From the sequence record MT774390.1: a stretch of DNA of 40,000 nt; one strand, given 5' to 3'. A model generated the notes under the pieces. The model was not told the DNA's origin, did not search any database, and worked only from the letters and a program-made list of their open reading frames with translations. A program made the translations under genes and the position numbers. Positions 6,195 through 15,788 of the stretch are shown here, piece by piece. Position 1 is the stretch's first letter. The number at the start of each line of letters is the position of its first letter. The stretch is from an uncultured phage cr85_1.

Positions 6195-6463
6195 CATATT
6201 CTGATATAATTGGTAAAGTTTCCAGTGAGTTGAACCTGCCTGCTAAGCTGGTAGATAGAACATACAGGGCATTTTGGTTATTCATTAACCAATCCATACA
6301 ATCCTTGCCATTAAGGGAAGATATTGATGAGGAGGATTTTGCTAAGTTGAAAACAAACTTTAATATTCCTTCATTAGGTAAGTTGACTTGTACCTATGAT
6401 AGAATGTTGGGAGTTAAGAAAAGGTTTAAGATTATAAAACAGTTAAGGGAGAAGAAATGCTAA
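6191..6463 (+). CDS. IHF/HU-like subunit (putative)
   Basis: NFNIPSLGKLTCTYDRMLGVKKRFK resembles the HU/IHF beta-arm start, a family described in crAss-like phages. Confidence 0.5.
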   Translation: MTYSDIIGKVSSELNLPAKLVDRTYRAFWLFINQSIQSLPLREDIDEEDFAKLKTNFNIPSLGKLTCTYDRMLGVKKRFKIIKQLREKKC

Positions 6464-6882
6464 AGGTTAAAAAGATAAGGCCAATGTTCACTGCACTTAT
6501 CACTACTATGAACAAGTATGAGCATGATGTAGTGACTGAAGGTGGACTTATTGATACCACAAAACAGCAAGGAGGGTTAAAAGAATACCAGACTGTTCTT
6601 GCAGTGGGAGATTCAGTAAGGAATATAAAGGTTGGAGATTTGGTTTGCATAAACCCAACAAGATATGCAGTCAAACAGCATAGAGAAGGTACACTAAAAG
6701 ATGGAATTGTAACTGATAATCCAGTTATCAAATACAACTTTGATGTTGTTGAAATGGATGGACAGCAATGTCTACTCCTTCAAGACAGGGATATAGACTT
6801 TGTGGTAGAGGAGTGGGAAGAAGTTCCTGACCCTACTCCATCTCCAATTATCCAACCAGACAAGAAAAGACTAATTGTATAA
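6457..6882 (+). CDS. GroES-like fold protein (putative)
   Basis: TVLAVGDSVRNIKVGDLVCINPTRYA resembles the co-chaperonin GroES core. Confidence 0.4.
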   Translation: MLKVKKIRPMFTALITTMNKYEHDVVTEGGLIDTTKQQGGLKEYQTVLAVGDSVRNIKVGDLVCINPTRYAVKQHREGTLKDGIVTDNPVIKYNFDVVEMDGQQCLLLQDRDIDFVVEEWEEVPDPTPSPIIQPDKKRLIV

Positions 6883-6885
6883 TAC

Positions 6886-6921
6886 AAAAGAGTATCAGGA
6901 ATACTATTCTGATACTCTTTT
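6886..6921 (+). terminator. Rho-independent-type terminator
   Basis: AAAAGAGTATCAG / CTGATACTCTTTT perfect 13-bp stem, 10-nt loop, T run. Confidence 0.8.
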
Positions 6922-6937
6922 TTTTTACCAATACTTT

Positions 6938-7477
6938 ATGATAAAATTATTCAGATACGAAGGATATAAGATAATAATATCTGAGGAAGCTCTTGCCCTA
7001 AAGCCATTCAAGCAAATTTGGCAAAGAGATAGGACTGTTAACAAGGATAAGGCAATCGCAGAATTGGGATTTATATATTTTTTCTGTGACCCTAGAAGTG
7101 ATTACCAATATCTTGTTGATGAGGATGAGAGAAAGGAAGCTATTAAAGAGGGAGAAGGTATGCCTCCCAAATGGGAGCCTGATAAAGTAGTAAAGGATGC
7201 TATGGAGTTTTACATGTCCTTTAAGCCAATCTCCGCTTTACTTCTTGAAGACACGAGATTCATGGTTGATAAGTTCAGGGCAAAGCTTAGGAGCATTGAT
7301 TTTGACAGTCTTGAAGTAAAGGAATTTAAGGAGATTACCAGCATTGTAAAGCAGATTACTCCACTTGTCAAGGATTTGGATGAAGCAGAAAAGGCCCTCA
7401 ATTCAGAAATAAGAAACTCAGGAAAGATGAGAGGTTCAGGAGAGAAGACAATATTTGAAGATGACTTAGCAATATAA
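6938..7477 (+). CDS. Hypothetical protein of the crAss-like packaging region
   Basis: MIKLFRYEGYKIIISEEALALKPFKQIWQRD; ORF-track start (6875) would cover the terminator, ATG 6938 preferred. Confidence 0.65.
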   Translation: MIKLFRYEGYKIIISEEALALKPFKQIWQRDRTVNKDKAIAELGFIYFFCDPRSDYQYLVDEDERKEAIKEGEGMPPKWEPDKVVKDAMEFYMSFKPISALLLEDTRFMVDKFRAKLRSIDFDSLEVKEFKEITSIVKQITPLVKDLDEAEKALNSEIRNSGKMRGSGEKTIFEDDLAI

Positions 7478-7479
7478 TT

Positions 7480-7821
7480 ATGTTAGAACACTTTATAGAG
7501 GGACTTAATAATCATATTAAGGGAAGAAGAGAAGTTTTGGGTATTCAGACTACAGGCCATTTGGTTTTGCAAAGAGAGATTATCCCACATAGTACTTTTA
7601 AGGTTTTGAAGACTTATAAGTATACTGTTTGGTTTGTCAAAGATTTCAAGACATATGAGGTACTTACACTAAAGCATACAGTAAGGTCTCTTACTGGTCA
7701 GGAAGAGTCTGTGAATAAGGATATGAGTGTCACATTATCTGAAATGTTGTTTAATTGGGTAGGTTCATCATTCTATGATGAAGTCATAAGGGGAGAATAT
7801 AATGGAATTTCAGAGGATTAA
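7480..7821 (+). CDS. Hypothetical protein
   Basis: 113-aa ORF overlapping terminase start. Confidence 0.6.
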   Translation: MLEHFIEGLNNHIKGRREVLGIQTTGHLVLQREIIPHSTFKVLKTYKYTVWFVKDFKTYEVLTLKHTVRSLTGQEESVNKDMSVTLSEMLFNWVGSSFYDEVIRGEYNGISED

Positions 7822-10090
7822 AATGAACAAATATCAGACTGAGCTTACTGAGGAATTGGTTAATAGCCTTCCTCAGGAAGTTCAGGACCAATTATTTGAT
7901 ATTATAAATAATGTAGAGTTTGTCAAGAGACTGATAAGTCCTACAAGAGAATATGCCAAAGACAGGCCAAGGGATGATAAGGGTAGAATTATTGTAGATT
8001 TAGCCAATCCCCATATACTTGAGAATATGGATTACTTCAGGCCATCTGCCATACATTATGAGAAGTATGGTACATTTACCAACCTTAGACCTAATGCCAA
8101 TCCTAATAGTGAATATGGTAAGTGGATAAGAGAAGAGAGAAGAAGGATTTGGGATGGATATGTAAGGGAATCTGATGGAGAATGGGTTACAGGATATTTG
8201 TATTGGTTCCTTAATTATTCTCCTATGATGCTATCCAAGATTAGGGAGTATAAAGATAAGGATGGTAAAAAGAGGAAGTCAAAGAGGGCAGATAGAGTAG
8301 AGTCATTACCTGAGTGCTGGGAAGGTATATATTGGAGATTCCATTGCTTAGACCAAGCATCAAATGGTGGCCTTTACAACAACTTTGAAGGAGGTCAGCA
8401 CATGGCTGAGCTTGCATCCAGAGGTAAAGGTAAGTCATATAGTCTTGCATCAATTCTCAATCACATATTTGTAGTGGGTGAGAACGAGGAGGCACATGAG
8501 AAAGTAAAGGGTATAGTAACTGCTTATCAGAAGGAGTATCTAACCAAGGATGGTGTACTTAATAAGTTTGTAGATATGGCTAACTTCTGTGCAACTAATA
8601 CCCAGTTCCCAAGAAAGAGATTAAAGAACTCTTTACAGGAAATGACTTGGATAATGGGGTATAAGGATGTGGAACTGGACATCGAAAGAGGTACCCAGAA
8701 TACAGTCTTAGGTGTATCATCTAAGGATGATGAATCTAAGTTGAGAGGTAAGAGAGCTGCCAAGATTCTTATCGAGGAGTTTGGTACTTTCCCTAGACTT
8801 GTAGACCTATATAATGTATTGTTACCTTCAGTACAGGATGGTGATATTATCTTTGGACAAATCTATATGTTAGGTACTGCTGGTGATAATGAATCAGACT
8901 TTGCTGGTGCCCAAGAAATCATGTATAATCCAAGGGGTTACAATATGTATGCCTTACCTAATGTGTTTGATAAGTATAATCAGGGTAAGCCTTATTTTGT
9001 GTTCTTCTTCCCCGGTTATGTAAACAGAAAAGGATGCTACAATGAAGATGGGGTATCTGATATTATCAAGGCACTGATTGAGATTCTTATGAACAGATAC
9101 AGGGTAAAGTATAATTCTACTGACCCTAATACTATTATCAAGACTATTGCTGAGGTTCCTATTACACCTGCTGAAGCTATTGTGAAGACAGGTGTAAACA
9201 TGTTCCCTGTAGCTGATTTGACTGAAAGAATAGGTCAACTGGATTCCAATCCTACAGAATATAATGATGTCTATGTAGGCGATTTGGTATTTGGCAAGGA
9301 TGGCCAAGTGGAGTATAAGCCTACTTCTGCACAGCCTATCAGAGATTTCCCACATAAGGACAATAAGATTGAGGGAGCTATCGAGATATTTCAGATGCCT
9401 GAGATTGATAAGAATACCAACAAACCTTACAATGACAGGTATATATTAGGTGCTGACCCTTATGATGATGATGAGTCAAATACTATGTCATTAGGTTCCA
9501 TATTTGTATTGGATTTGTGGACTGATAGAATAGTAGCTGAATACACAGGAAGACCTTCTTTTGCAGATGATTACTATGAAATTTGCAGAAAACTGTGCCT
9601 CTTCTATAATGGCAGACTGAACTACGAGTATAACAAGAAAGGCTTATTTTCCCACTTCTCGACAAGAAATAGCCTTTATCTGCTTACAGATGTGTTGGAT
9701 TTCTTGAAGGAGAAGCAGATGATGAAGGATGGGATAGGTAATAAGAGTAAAGGTACTAATGCCTCACCTGCCATAAATGCCTATGCAAGAAGTAGGTTGA
9801 GAAGTTGGTTACTGTCCCCAGTTCCTGTTATTCAGACTATTGATGGAGAAAGTAAGGAAGTAATGGTTCCAAGACTGTTTACTGTAAGAAACAGGGCACT
9901 ATTAAAGGAGCTTATCAACTACAACTCTGAGGGCAACTTTGATAGAATATCAGCTATGGGAATGTTGATGCTCCTCAGAGAAGATAAAATGATAAAGTAC
10001 CAAGGTAATGTAGGTAGGGACAGGCAAGAGAATGCTGAAAATAGCTATGATGGGGAAGACCCATTCTTCAAGAGAAATTATCGTCCTTGA
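7802..10090 (+). CDS. terL: Terminase large subunit, crAss-like
   Basis: Walker A-like LASRGKGKSYSLASI, RAAKILIEEFG Walker B-like, YILGADPYDDDESNTMSLGSIFVLD nuclease motif. Confidence 0.9.
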   Translation: MEFQRIKMNKYQTELTEELVNSLPQEVQDQLFDIINNVEFVKRLISPTREYAKDRPRDDKGRIIVDLANPHILENMDYFRPSAIHYEKYGTFTNLRPNANPNSEYGKWIREERRRIWDGYVRESDGEWVTGYLYWFLNYSPMMLSKIREYKDKDGKKRKSKRADRVESLPECWEGIYWRFHCLDQASNGGLYNNFEGGQHMAELASRGKGKSYSLASILNHIFVVGENEEAHEKVKGIVTAYQKEYLTKDGVLNKFVDMANFCATNTQFPRKRLKNSLQEMTWIMGYKDVELDIERGTQNTVLGVSSKDDESKLRGKRAAKILIEEFGTFPRLVDLYNVLLPSVQDGDIIFGQIYMLGTAGDNESDFAGAQEIMYNPRGYNMYALPNVFDKYNQGKPYFVFFFPGYVNRKGCYNEDGVSDIIKALIEILMNRYRVKYNSTDPNTIIKTIAEVPITPAEAIVKTGVNMFPVADLTERIGQLDSNPTEYNDVYVGDLVFGKDGQVEYKPTSAQPIRDFPHKDNKIEGAIEIFQMPEIDKNTNKPYNDRYILGADPYDDDESNTMSLGSIFVLDLWTDRIVAEYTGRPSFADDYYEICRKLCLFYNGRLNYEYNKKGLFSHFSTRNSLYLLTDVLDFLKEKQMMKDGIGNKSKGTNASPAINAYARSRLRSWLLSPVPVIQTIDGESKEVMVPRLFTVRNRALLKELINYNSEGNFDRISAMGMLMLLREDKMIKYQGNVGRDRQENAENSYDGEDPFFKRNYRP

Positions 10091-10146
10091 CCTTGTCAGT
10101 AAATTTAGTAAAACGGGAATGGACACTTAATAAATTATTTATATAC

Positions 10147-10178
10147 TTGCATGGAATTATATTTTTATTTAACTTTGC
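10147..10178 (+). promoter_or_regulatory. Bacteroidetes-type promoter (P4)
   Basis: TTG (10147-10149), 20 nt, TA-ac-TTTG-C (10170-10178). Confidence 0.8.
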
Positions 10179-10190
10179 AAAGTAACTAGA

Positions 10191-10883
10191 TTGAAGTATA
10201 TGGAAGAGAAGTACATAGTATACCTACATATAAATAAGACAAATAATAAAGTCTATGTAGGAATAACTTCTATGGCTGTTAATAATAGATGGAGAGAAGG
10301 AAAGGGCTACATAAAATGTGAAATTATGAATAGGGCTATTCTAAAGTATGGCTGGAATAATTTTGAGCATATTATATTGTGTAAAACCTCCAAAGATAGA
10401 GCAATTGTTTTGGAACAATATCTTATCAGACATTACAAGAGAAAAGGGCTAAGCTACAATATATCTAATGGTGGACAAGGCGTAGGAACAGTTAGTGAAT
10501 ATACTAAGAATAAGCTCAGAAAATACGTAGGTAGTAAAGCCTCCATGTATGGCAAACATCCATCAAAAGAAACTATAGAGAAAAGAGTTTCTACAAGAAA
10601 GGCTCTTGGTCATTATGCAAAAGATATGCCTTGGCTAGCTAAATATAGGCTTAGAAAAGGCAAAGATAGTCCTTTATTTGGGAAAGCTCCAAGTGAGAAT
10701 ACCTTGTTAGCACATAGAAAAATAATACTTCAATTTAATTTAGATGGAGAGTTTATAAAAGAATTTAATTCAATTAAGGAAGCCTCTGAGGAGATTGGTG
10801 TTTCCAAGTCAGCAATTGTACACTGCCTGAAAGGAAAGACTAAAAAGGCAGGGGGATATAAATGGAAATATAAGTATGAGTGA
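10191..10883 (+). CDS. GIY-YIG homing endonuclease, free-standing, NUMOD-like C-terminus
   Basis: YIVYLHINKTNNKVYVGIT...FEHIIL...EQYLIRHYK...YNISNGG; C-terminal IILQFNLDGEFIKEFNSIKEASEEIGVSKSAIVHCLKGKTKKAGGYKWKY. Confidence 0.9.
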   Translation: MKYMEEKYIVYLHINKTNNKVYVGITSMAVNNRWREGKGYIKCEIMNRAILKYGWNNFEHIILCKTSKDRAIVLEQYLIRHYKRKGLSYNISNGGQGVGTVSEYTKNKLRKYVGSKASMYGKHPSKETIEKRVSTRKALGHYAKDMPWLAKYRLRKGKDSPLFGKAPSENTLLAHRKIILQFNLDGEFIKEFNSIKEASEEIGVSKSAIVHCLKGKTKKAGGYKWKYKYE

Positions 10884-13305
10884 ATTTTGTCAATTGCCTC
10901 CTCAAAATCTGCCTTTTAATAAAAAGACTAAGGGGTGGAGAAAGAAGCATTTGGACTTTGCTGAGTCTAAGACATTTTTTAATTATAATCTTGTAAGGAA
11001 AAGTGTTATACATAAAAAAATTGCATATGACCTTCTTAATGGCAAGCTTCATATGAGTGACCTTGAGATGATATTGAATCCTGAAAAGATACAGGCAAGT
11101 TTTGTACCTAACAGGATTCAACATTATCCCATTATGAACAGTAAGTTAAATGTACTGAGGGGGGAAGAGAGTAAAAGAGCTTTTGATTGCAGGGTAGTGA
11201 TAACTAATCCTAATGCCATCTCTGAGATAGAGAATAATAAGAAACAGGAATTACTACAAAGACTGCAAGAATGGGTCTCAGCCCCTTATCAATCAGAAGA
11301 GGATGCTGCTAAGGAGCTTGAGAAAATAGGTGACTATTACACCTATGAATGGCAGGACATTAGAGAAATCAGAGCCAATGCCTTGTTGAATCATTATAAG
11401 AAGGAGTTGAATCTGCCCTTGATTCTCAACCAAGGGTTTATAGATGCAATGGCAACAGGGGAGGAAATGTACCAATGTGACATAGTAGGAGGAGAGCCAG
11501 TTGTTGAAAGGTTGAATCCCATGAAGGTTAGGATATTCAAGTCAGGATATAGCAATAGGGTTGAGGATGCTGACATGATAATCATTGAGGACTATTGGAG
11601 TCCCGGCAGGGTTATTGATACTTTCTATGACGTATTGACAAAGAAGGATATAGAGTACATAGAGAAGATACCTGACCATGTAGGACAGGCTGCTGTAGAC
11701 TCTATGGGCAATGTTGATGAAAGGTATGGATTTGTCAATAACTACATGATTGGGGATGAAATAGATACTGAAGCAGAAGGATTCTTTTGGGACCCCTTAG
11801 GAGGACAGGATGGTATAGCCAACTCCTTACTGCCCTTTGATGTTGCTGGAAATATCAGGGTACTTAGAGTATATTGGAAGTCAAGAAGGAGAATAAAGAA
11901 GATAAAAAGATATGACCCTCAAACAGGTGAAGAGATATTTAACTTCTATCCTGAGACCTATGTAGTAGATAAGGATGCTGGTGAAGAAGAGCAGATATTT
12001 TACATAAACGAGGCTTGGGAAGGAACAAAGATTGGTACTGACATATATGTCAATATGAGGCCAAGAGTAGTTCAATACAATAGACTCAGTAACCCTTCAA
12101 GGTGCCATTTTGGAGTCATAGGCTCAATTTATAATCTGAATGACAACAGGCCCTTTAGCTTGGTAGATATGATGAAGCCATATAATTACATGTATGATGT
12201 TATACATGACAGGCTTAATAAGCTACTGGCAAGGAACTGGGGAACATTATTAAGACTTGACTTTGCCAAAAAGCCTAAGGGTTGGGATGTAGAGAAGTGG
12301 TTGTACTATGCAAAGACTATGGGTGTTGCAGTTGAGGATAGCTTCAAAGAAGGTAACCTAGGTGCAGCCACAGGAAAAATCGCAGGTGCCCTGAATAATG
12401 CATCTACAGGAGCAATTCCTACATCTGACGGTAACCAGATACAGCAGTATATAAACCTTCTTGAGTTCATAAAGATGGAGATGACTGAGGTTGCTGGTAT
12501 TACTAAACAAAGGGAAGGTCAGGTAAGCAATAGAGAGACAGTAGGTGGAGTAGAAAGAAGTATGATGCAATCCTCATACATTACAGAATGGCTGTTTATG
12601 ACACATGATGATGTAAAGAGGAGAGTATATGAATGCTTACTTGAAACAAGTAAGGCTGCGTTGAAAGGAAGAACAAAGAAGTTTCAGTATATCCTCTCAG
12701 ACGGGTCTTTGAAAGTGATGGAGATAGATGGGGATGAGTTTGCAGAGTCAGATTATGGGCTTGTAGTGGATAGTAGTAATGGAATTCAGGAACTGAACTC
12801 AAAACTTGATACTTTGGCACAAGCAGCTTTGCAGAATCAGGCTTTGACATTCTCAACTATTATGAAGTTGTTTGGCTCATCTTCACTTGCTGAAAAGCAA
12901 AGGCTTGTTGAAAAGGATGAGAGAAATCTACAGGAAAGACAGGCTCAGGCACAGCAACAGCAATTACAGGTACAGCAACAGGAAATAGAGCAAAAGGCTC
13001 AATTGGAGCAAGCTAAGTTGCAACAGGAAGATGCCCTCAATAGAAGAGATAATGAGACCAAGATACTGATTGCACAAATGCAGGCTATGAGTAAAAGTAG
13101 TGAAGATGGGGATTCTATGGAATCAGAGTATTCACAGGAGGCCAAAGACAAACTACTTGAGCAGATAAGGGAATTTGATTTAAGACTTAAGCTTGATAAG
13201 GAAAGGCTAGAGCATGATAAGGAGAAGGCTGAAATTGATGCAAGGCTCAAGGAAAAACAAATAAATAAGCAGAAAGCAACTTCTAATAACAATAATAAGC
13301 AATGA
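10876..13305 (+). CDS. Portal protein, crAss-like
   Basis: 809 aa after TerL; EMILNPEKIQASFVPNRIQHYPIMNSKLNVLRGEESKR and long Gln-rich coiled-coil C-terminus. Confidence 0.85.
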   Translation: MSEFCQLPPQNLPFNKKTKGWRKKHLDFAESKTFFNYNLVRKSVIHKKIAYDLLNGKLHMSDLEMILNPEKIQASFVPNRIQHYPIMNSKLNVLRGEESKRAFDCRVVITNPNAISEIENNKKQELLQRLQEWVSAPYQSEEDAAKELEKIGDYYTYEWQDIREIRANALLNHYKKELNLPLILNQGFIDAMATGEEMYQCDIVGGEPVVERLNPMKVRIFKSGYSNRVEDADMIIIEDYWSPGRVIDTFYDVLTKKDIEYIEKIPDHVGQAAVDSMGNVDERYGFVNNYMIGDEIDTEAEGFFWDPLGGQDGIANSLLPFDVAGNIRVLRVYWKSRRRIKKIKRYDPQTGEEIFNFYPETYVVDKDAGEEEQIFYINEAWEGTKIGTDIYVNMRPRVVQYNRLSNPSRCHFGVIGSIYNLNDNRPFSLVDMMKPYNYMYDVIHDRLNKLLARNWGTLLRLDFAKKPKGWDVEKWLYYAKTMGVAVEDSFKEGNLGAATGKIAGALNNASTGAIPTSDGNQIQQYINLLEFIKMEMTEVAGITKQREGQVSNRETVGGVERSMMQSSYITEWLFMTHDDVKRRVYECLLETSKAALKGRTKKFQYILSDGSLKVMEIDGDEFAESDYGLVVDSSNGIQELNSKLDTLAQAALQNQALTFSTIMKLFGSSSLAEKQRLVEKDERNLQERQAQAQQQQLQVQQQEIEQKAQLEQAKLQQEDALNRRDNETKILIAQMQAMSKSSEDGDSMESEYSQEAKDKLLEQIREFDLRLKLDKERLEHDKEKAEIDARLKEKQINKQKATSNNNNKQ

Positions 13306-14189
13306 AAAGATTTAGAGATATTATACAAGATATAAAAGCTCCAAGTACAAGTGACCTCTGGATTAATAATGGAGAGTTGAAGTACTATACTAGTAATGGC
13401 TGGAAAGCCATTGCTGGTAATGGCTCTTCCGATGTATATGTTCTACCGGGTAACCTTCAAACAACAGAAGGATGGTATACAACAGACGTAGAATCTATTG
13501 TAGGGAATTGGGATGAGTTTATAAAAGCTGCCTCAAGTGGTAAAGTGATTATTGGTTGTATTGAAGGTGACCTTAATTACACTATTTACATGAATCTTAC
13601 ACTAATTACTTACGATGGTAATAATGTACTTATATTGGTTTCCATAGCAAATTGTTTTTATTCGTGGGCAGCCTACAAGACTGAAGATGATAGTTCTATA
13701 AATTTTGCAGGTATTACTGAACTACTCCTCAATTCTTCTGTTATAAACTCCTTAAATTCTCCTTCTACAACTGCTCCTCTATCAGCCAACCAAGGTAGGA
13801 TTTTGAATGAAAAGATAGTAAAACTAGAGAGTAAGTCTAATGTTGCAGTGCTTACACCTACAGGTACAAAACTAATGGAGTTGGTATCCAGTAGTCCTAA
13901 TGTTACACAAGAGCAGTTGGTTGAAGCAGGCTTCACTCCTGAAATATGTAGAAGGTTGAATGCTGGAGAAGTGATTTACATGAGTGGTGAATGTGCTAGT
14001 TTTGGTAATGATGCTTTGTATCCAATACATGGTATTGCCCCTAATTCCTCTCCTGACTTAGTACCGTCTAGATTGTGCTACTGTCACTATAGTAGTTATA
14101 ATGCGGATGGCACTGCTAATGGAGGGTGCTTTACTACAATTAAGAAGCAATCCTCAGGTCAGTACCTTGTAGATTATATTGAGTTGTAG
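13302..14189 (+). CDS. Fiber/baseplate-type protein
   Basis: LNSPSTTAPLSANQGRILNEKIVKLES fiber motif; N-terminal DLWINNGELKYYTSNGWKAIAG module. Confidence 0.6.
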   Translation: MKRFRDIIQDIKAPSTSDLWINNGELKYYTSNGWKAIAGNGSSDVYVLPGNLQTTEGWYTTDVESIVGNWDEFIKAASSGKVIIGCIEGDLNYTIYMNLTLITYDGNNVLILVSIANCFYSWAAYKTEDDSSINFAGITELLLNSSVINSLNSPSTTAPLSANQGRILNEKIVKLESKSNVAVLTPTGTKLMELVSSSPNVTQEQLVEAGFTPEICRRLNAGEVIYMSGECASFGNDALYPIHGIAPNSSPDLVPSRLCYCHYSSYNADGTANGGCFTTIKKQSSGQYLVDYIEL

Positions 14190-14190
14190 T

Positions 14191-14343
14191 ATGGAAATGA
14201 TGAAAAAGAAACAGGTTGTTGCTTCCCATAATAGAGAGCCTCTTATAGAGAATCTATGGTTAAGGGATGGCAAGTTGCTATACTTTGTCAATGGAGAGTG
14301 GCAACCTGTATTAGGTCAAGATTCTAAAGTAATTATAGAGTAA
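14191..14343 (+). CDS. Small virion-module protein (50 aa)
   Basis: MEMMKKKQVVASHNREPLIENLWLRDGKLLYFVNGEWQPVLGQDSKVIIE; missing from the ORF track (<60 aa). Confidence 0.6.
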   Translation: MEMMKKKQVVASHNREPLIENLWLRDGKLLYFVNGEWQPVLGQDSKVIIE

Positions 14344-14344
14344 C

Positions 14345-14536
14345 ATGTTCACTAAGAATCAAATAGAAGAAATTAGAGACAAATTGGCTCAGTTGGGAAT
14401 CAAGGATACAGAGTTTAAGGTAACAGAAGAAGTATCTGAAGATGATATGATAGCCATTGTCTCAGGTGGTGAGAATAAGACAATCCTGTTGAAAGACCTA
14501 TTGAGTGAAGCAGCAGGTACTATTATTATCGAATAA
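14345..14536 (+). CDS. Small structural-region protein
   Basis: 63-aa ORF, KNQIEEIRDKLAQLGIKDTEFKV...IVSGGENKTILLKDLL. Confidence 0.65.
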   Translation: MFTKNQIEEIRDKLAQLGIKDTEFKVTEEVSEDDMIAIVSGGENKTILLKDLLSEAAGTIIIE

Positions 14537-14551
14537 AAAAAAAAAAAAAAA

Positions 14552-15778
14552 ATGAAGATTATTAATTCAATTATGCCAATGAGTGACATAGAAGCACTGG
14601 CAGCAAATGGACAAAAACTAAGAGTAGCGGTAACAAAGACTTCCGCACAAGGTAAGGCAGCACAGAGTGCTACCCCAAACCTAATGAGCTTTAGTACCGA
14701 TGAAAACAGTGTGTGGTTTAATGGGAAGATGTATGGGGTACATAAATTTAATAATGTTTCAAGCCTGAATACTAACTCAACAGCAGAACAGGTATTGTCT
14801 GCTTTGAATGTCAGTAAATCTTCTGAACTTTATGATTTAGCCCATAAAGGTGTACTTTTCATAGATACCGTTTCTGGAAATACGATGGTAAAATATGAAG
14901 ATGGGGGTGACACTTTCCAACTCTATATACCAAGCTCAGATTCAAGGTCAATAGAGAGACTTACTATTACTGTATCTAGTAATAAAGTGACAGGGTTGAC
15001 CACTATATCTCATTTAACAGTTGATGATATCAGGAATACTCTGACCTCTACTGAGACTAACAAGGCTCTTTCAGCAGCTCAAGGTAAGGCTCTTAATGAC
15101 AGAATCTCAGGTTTGGGTAATGTGTATAGAGTGAAGGGTACTAAGACTAACTTATCTGATGTACTAGCCCTTACTAATGCAGGGGTTGGTGATGTTTGGA
15201 ATGTGACTAATGCCTTTACTTTAGGTGGTAAGCCATATCCTGCAAATACCAATGTTGTATGTATTACAGCAACTAGCTCATCTGACCACGATGAAGGAAA
15301 TTGGGACCCGTTGGGAGGTACTGTTAATTTGAGTGCTTATGTGCCTAAGAGTGATATAGTTGATAACCTATCAACTTCAGATTCAAAAAAGCCTCTCTCT
15401 GCTAAACAAGGACTTGCCCTTGCTACTATGATAACGGAATTAGAAGATAATAAGGAGACCTATCAGCTTCTCAAAACATTTGAAAGTGGCACACTATCCA
15501 CTCAGAGTGAAATAGATGCTATTCTAGGTCCCTATAGTAGCTTCAATGCCGCCCTTAATGCAGGTAAGGTAATACATGGAGTATATAAAGACAGCATCAA
15601 CAGAATGAATACAGTAGCATTCTCAGCATTCAATGATACTACTAACAGTAGGGTTAGAATGTTTGCGATACTGAATAATTCTACCTTACTATATATGCAG
15701 GCTACTTATAGTGGGACTAATTGGACTAGTGCTACCACAAATGAAGAGTCTTTTAGTGCAAGCATCACTATAGAATAA
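14552..15778 (+). CDS. Fiber protein with repeated LSxxQG motifs
   Basis: TSTETNKALSAAQGKALNDRI and STSDSKKPLSAKQGLALATMI. Confidence 0.7.
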   Translation: MKIINSIMPMSDIEALAANGQKLRVAVTKTSAQGKAAQSATPNLMSFSTDENSVWFNGKMYGVHKFNNVSSLNTNSTAEQVLSALNVSKSSELYDLAHKGVLFIDTVSGNTMVKYEDGGDTFQLYIPSSDSRSIERLTITVSSNKVTGLTTISHLTVDDIRNTLTSTETNKALSAAQGKALNDRISGLGNVYRVKGTKTNLSDVLALTNAGVGDVWNVTNAFTLGGKPYPANTNVVCITATSSSDHDEGNWDPLGGTVNLSAYVPKSDIVDNLSTSDSKKPLSAKQGLALATMITELEDNKETYQLLKTFESGTLSTQSEIDAILGPYSSFNAALNAGKVIHGVYKDSINRMNTVAFSAFNDTTNSRVRMFAILNNSTLLYMQATYSGTNWTSATTNEESFSASITIE

Positions 15779-15788
15779 AAAAAAAGTT

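Noticed and set aside
10876-13305. Portal gene possibly truncated by the homing endonuclease insertion
   Set aside because: Portal N-terminus (MSEFCQLPPQNLPFNKKTKGWRKKHLDFAESKTFF) looks complete, and terL ends normally, so the insertion appears intergenic.
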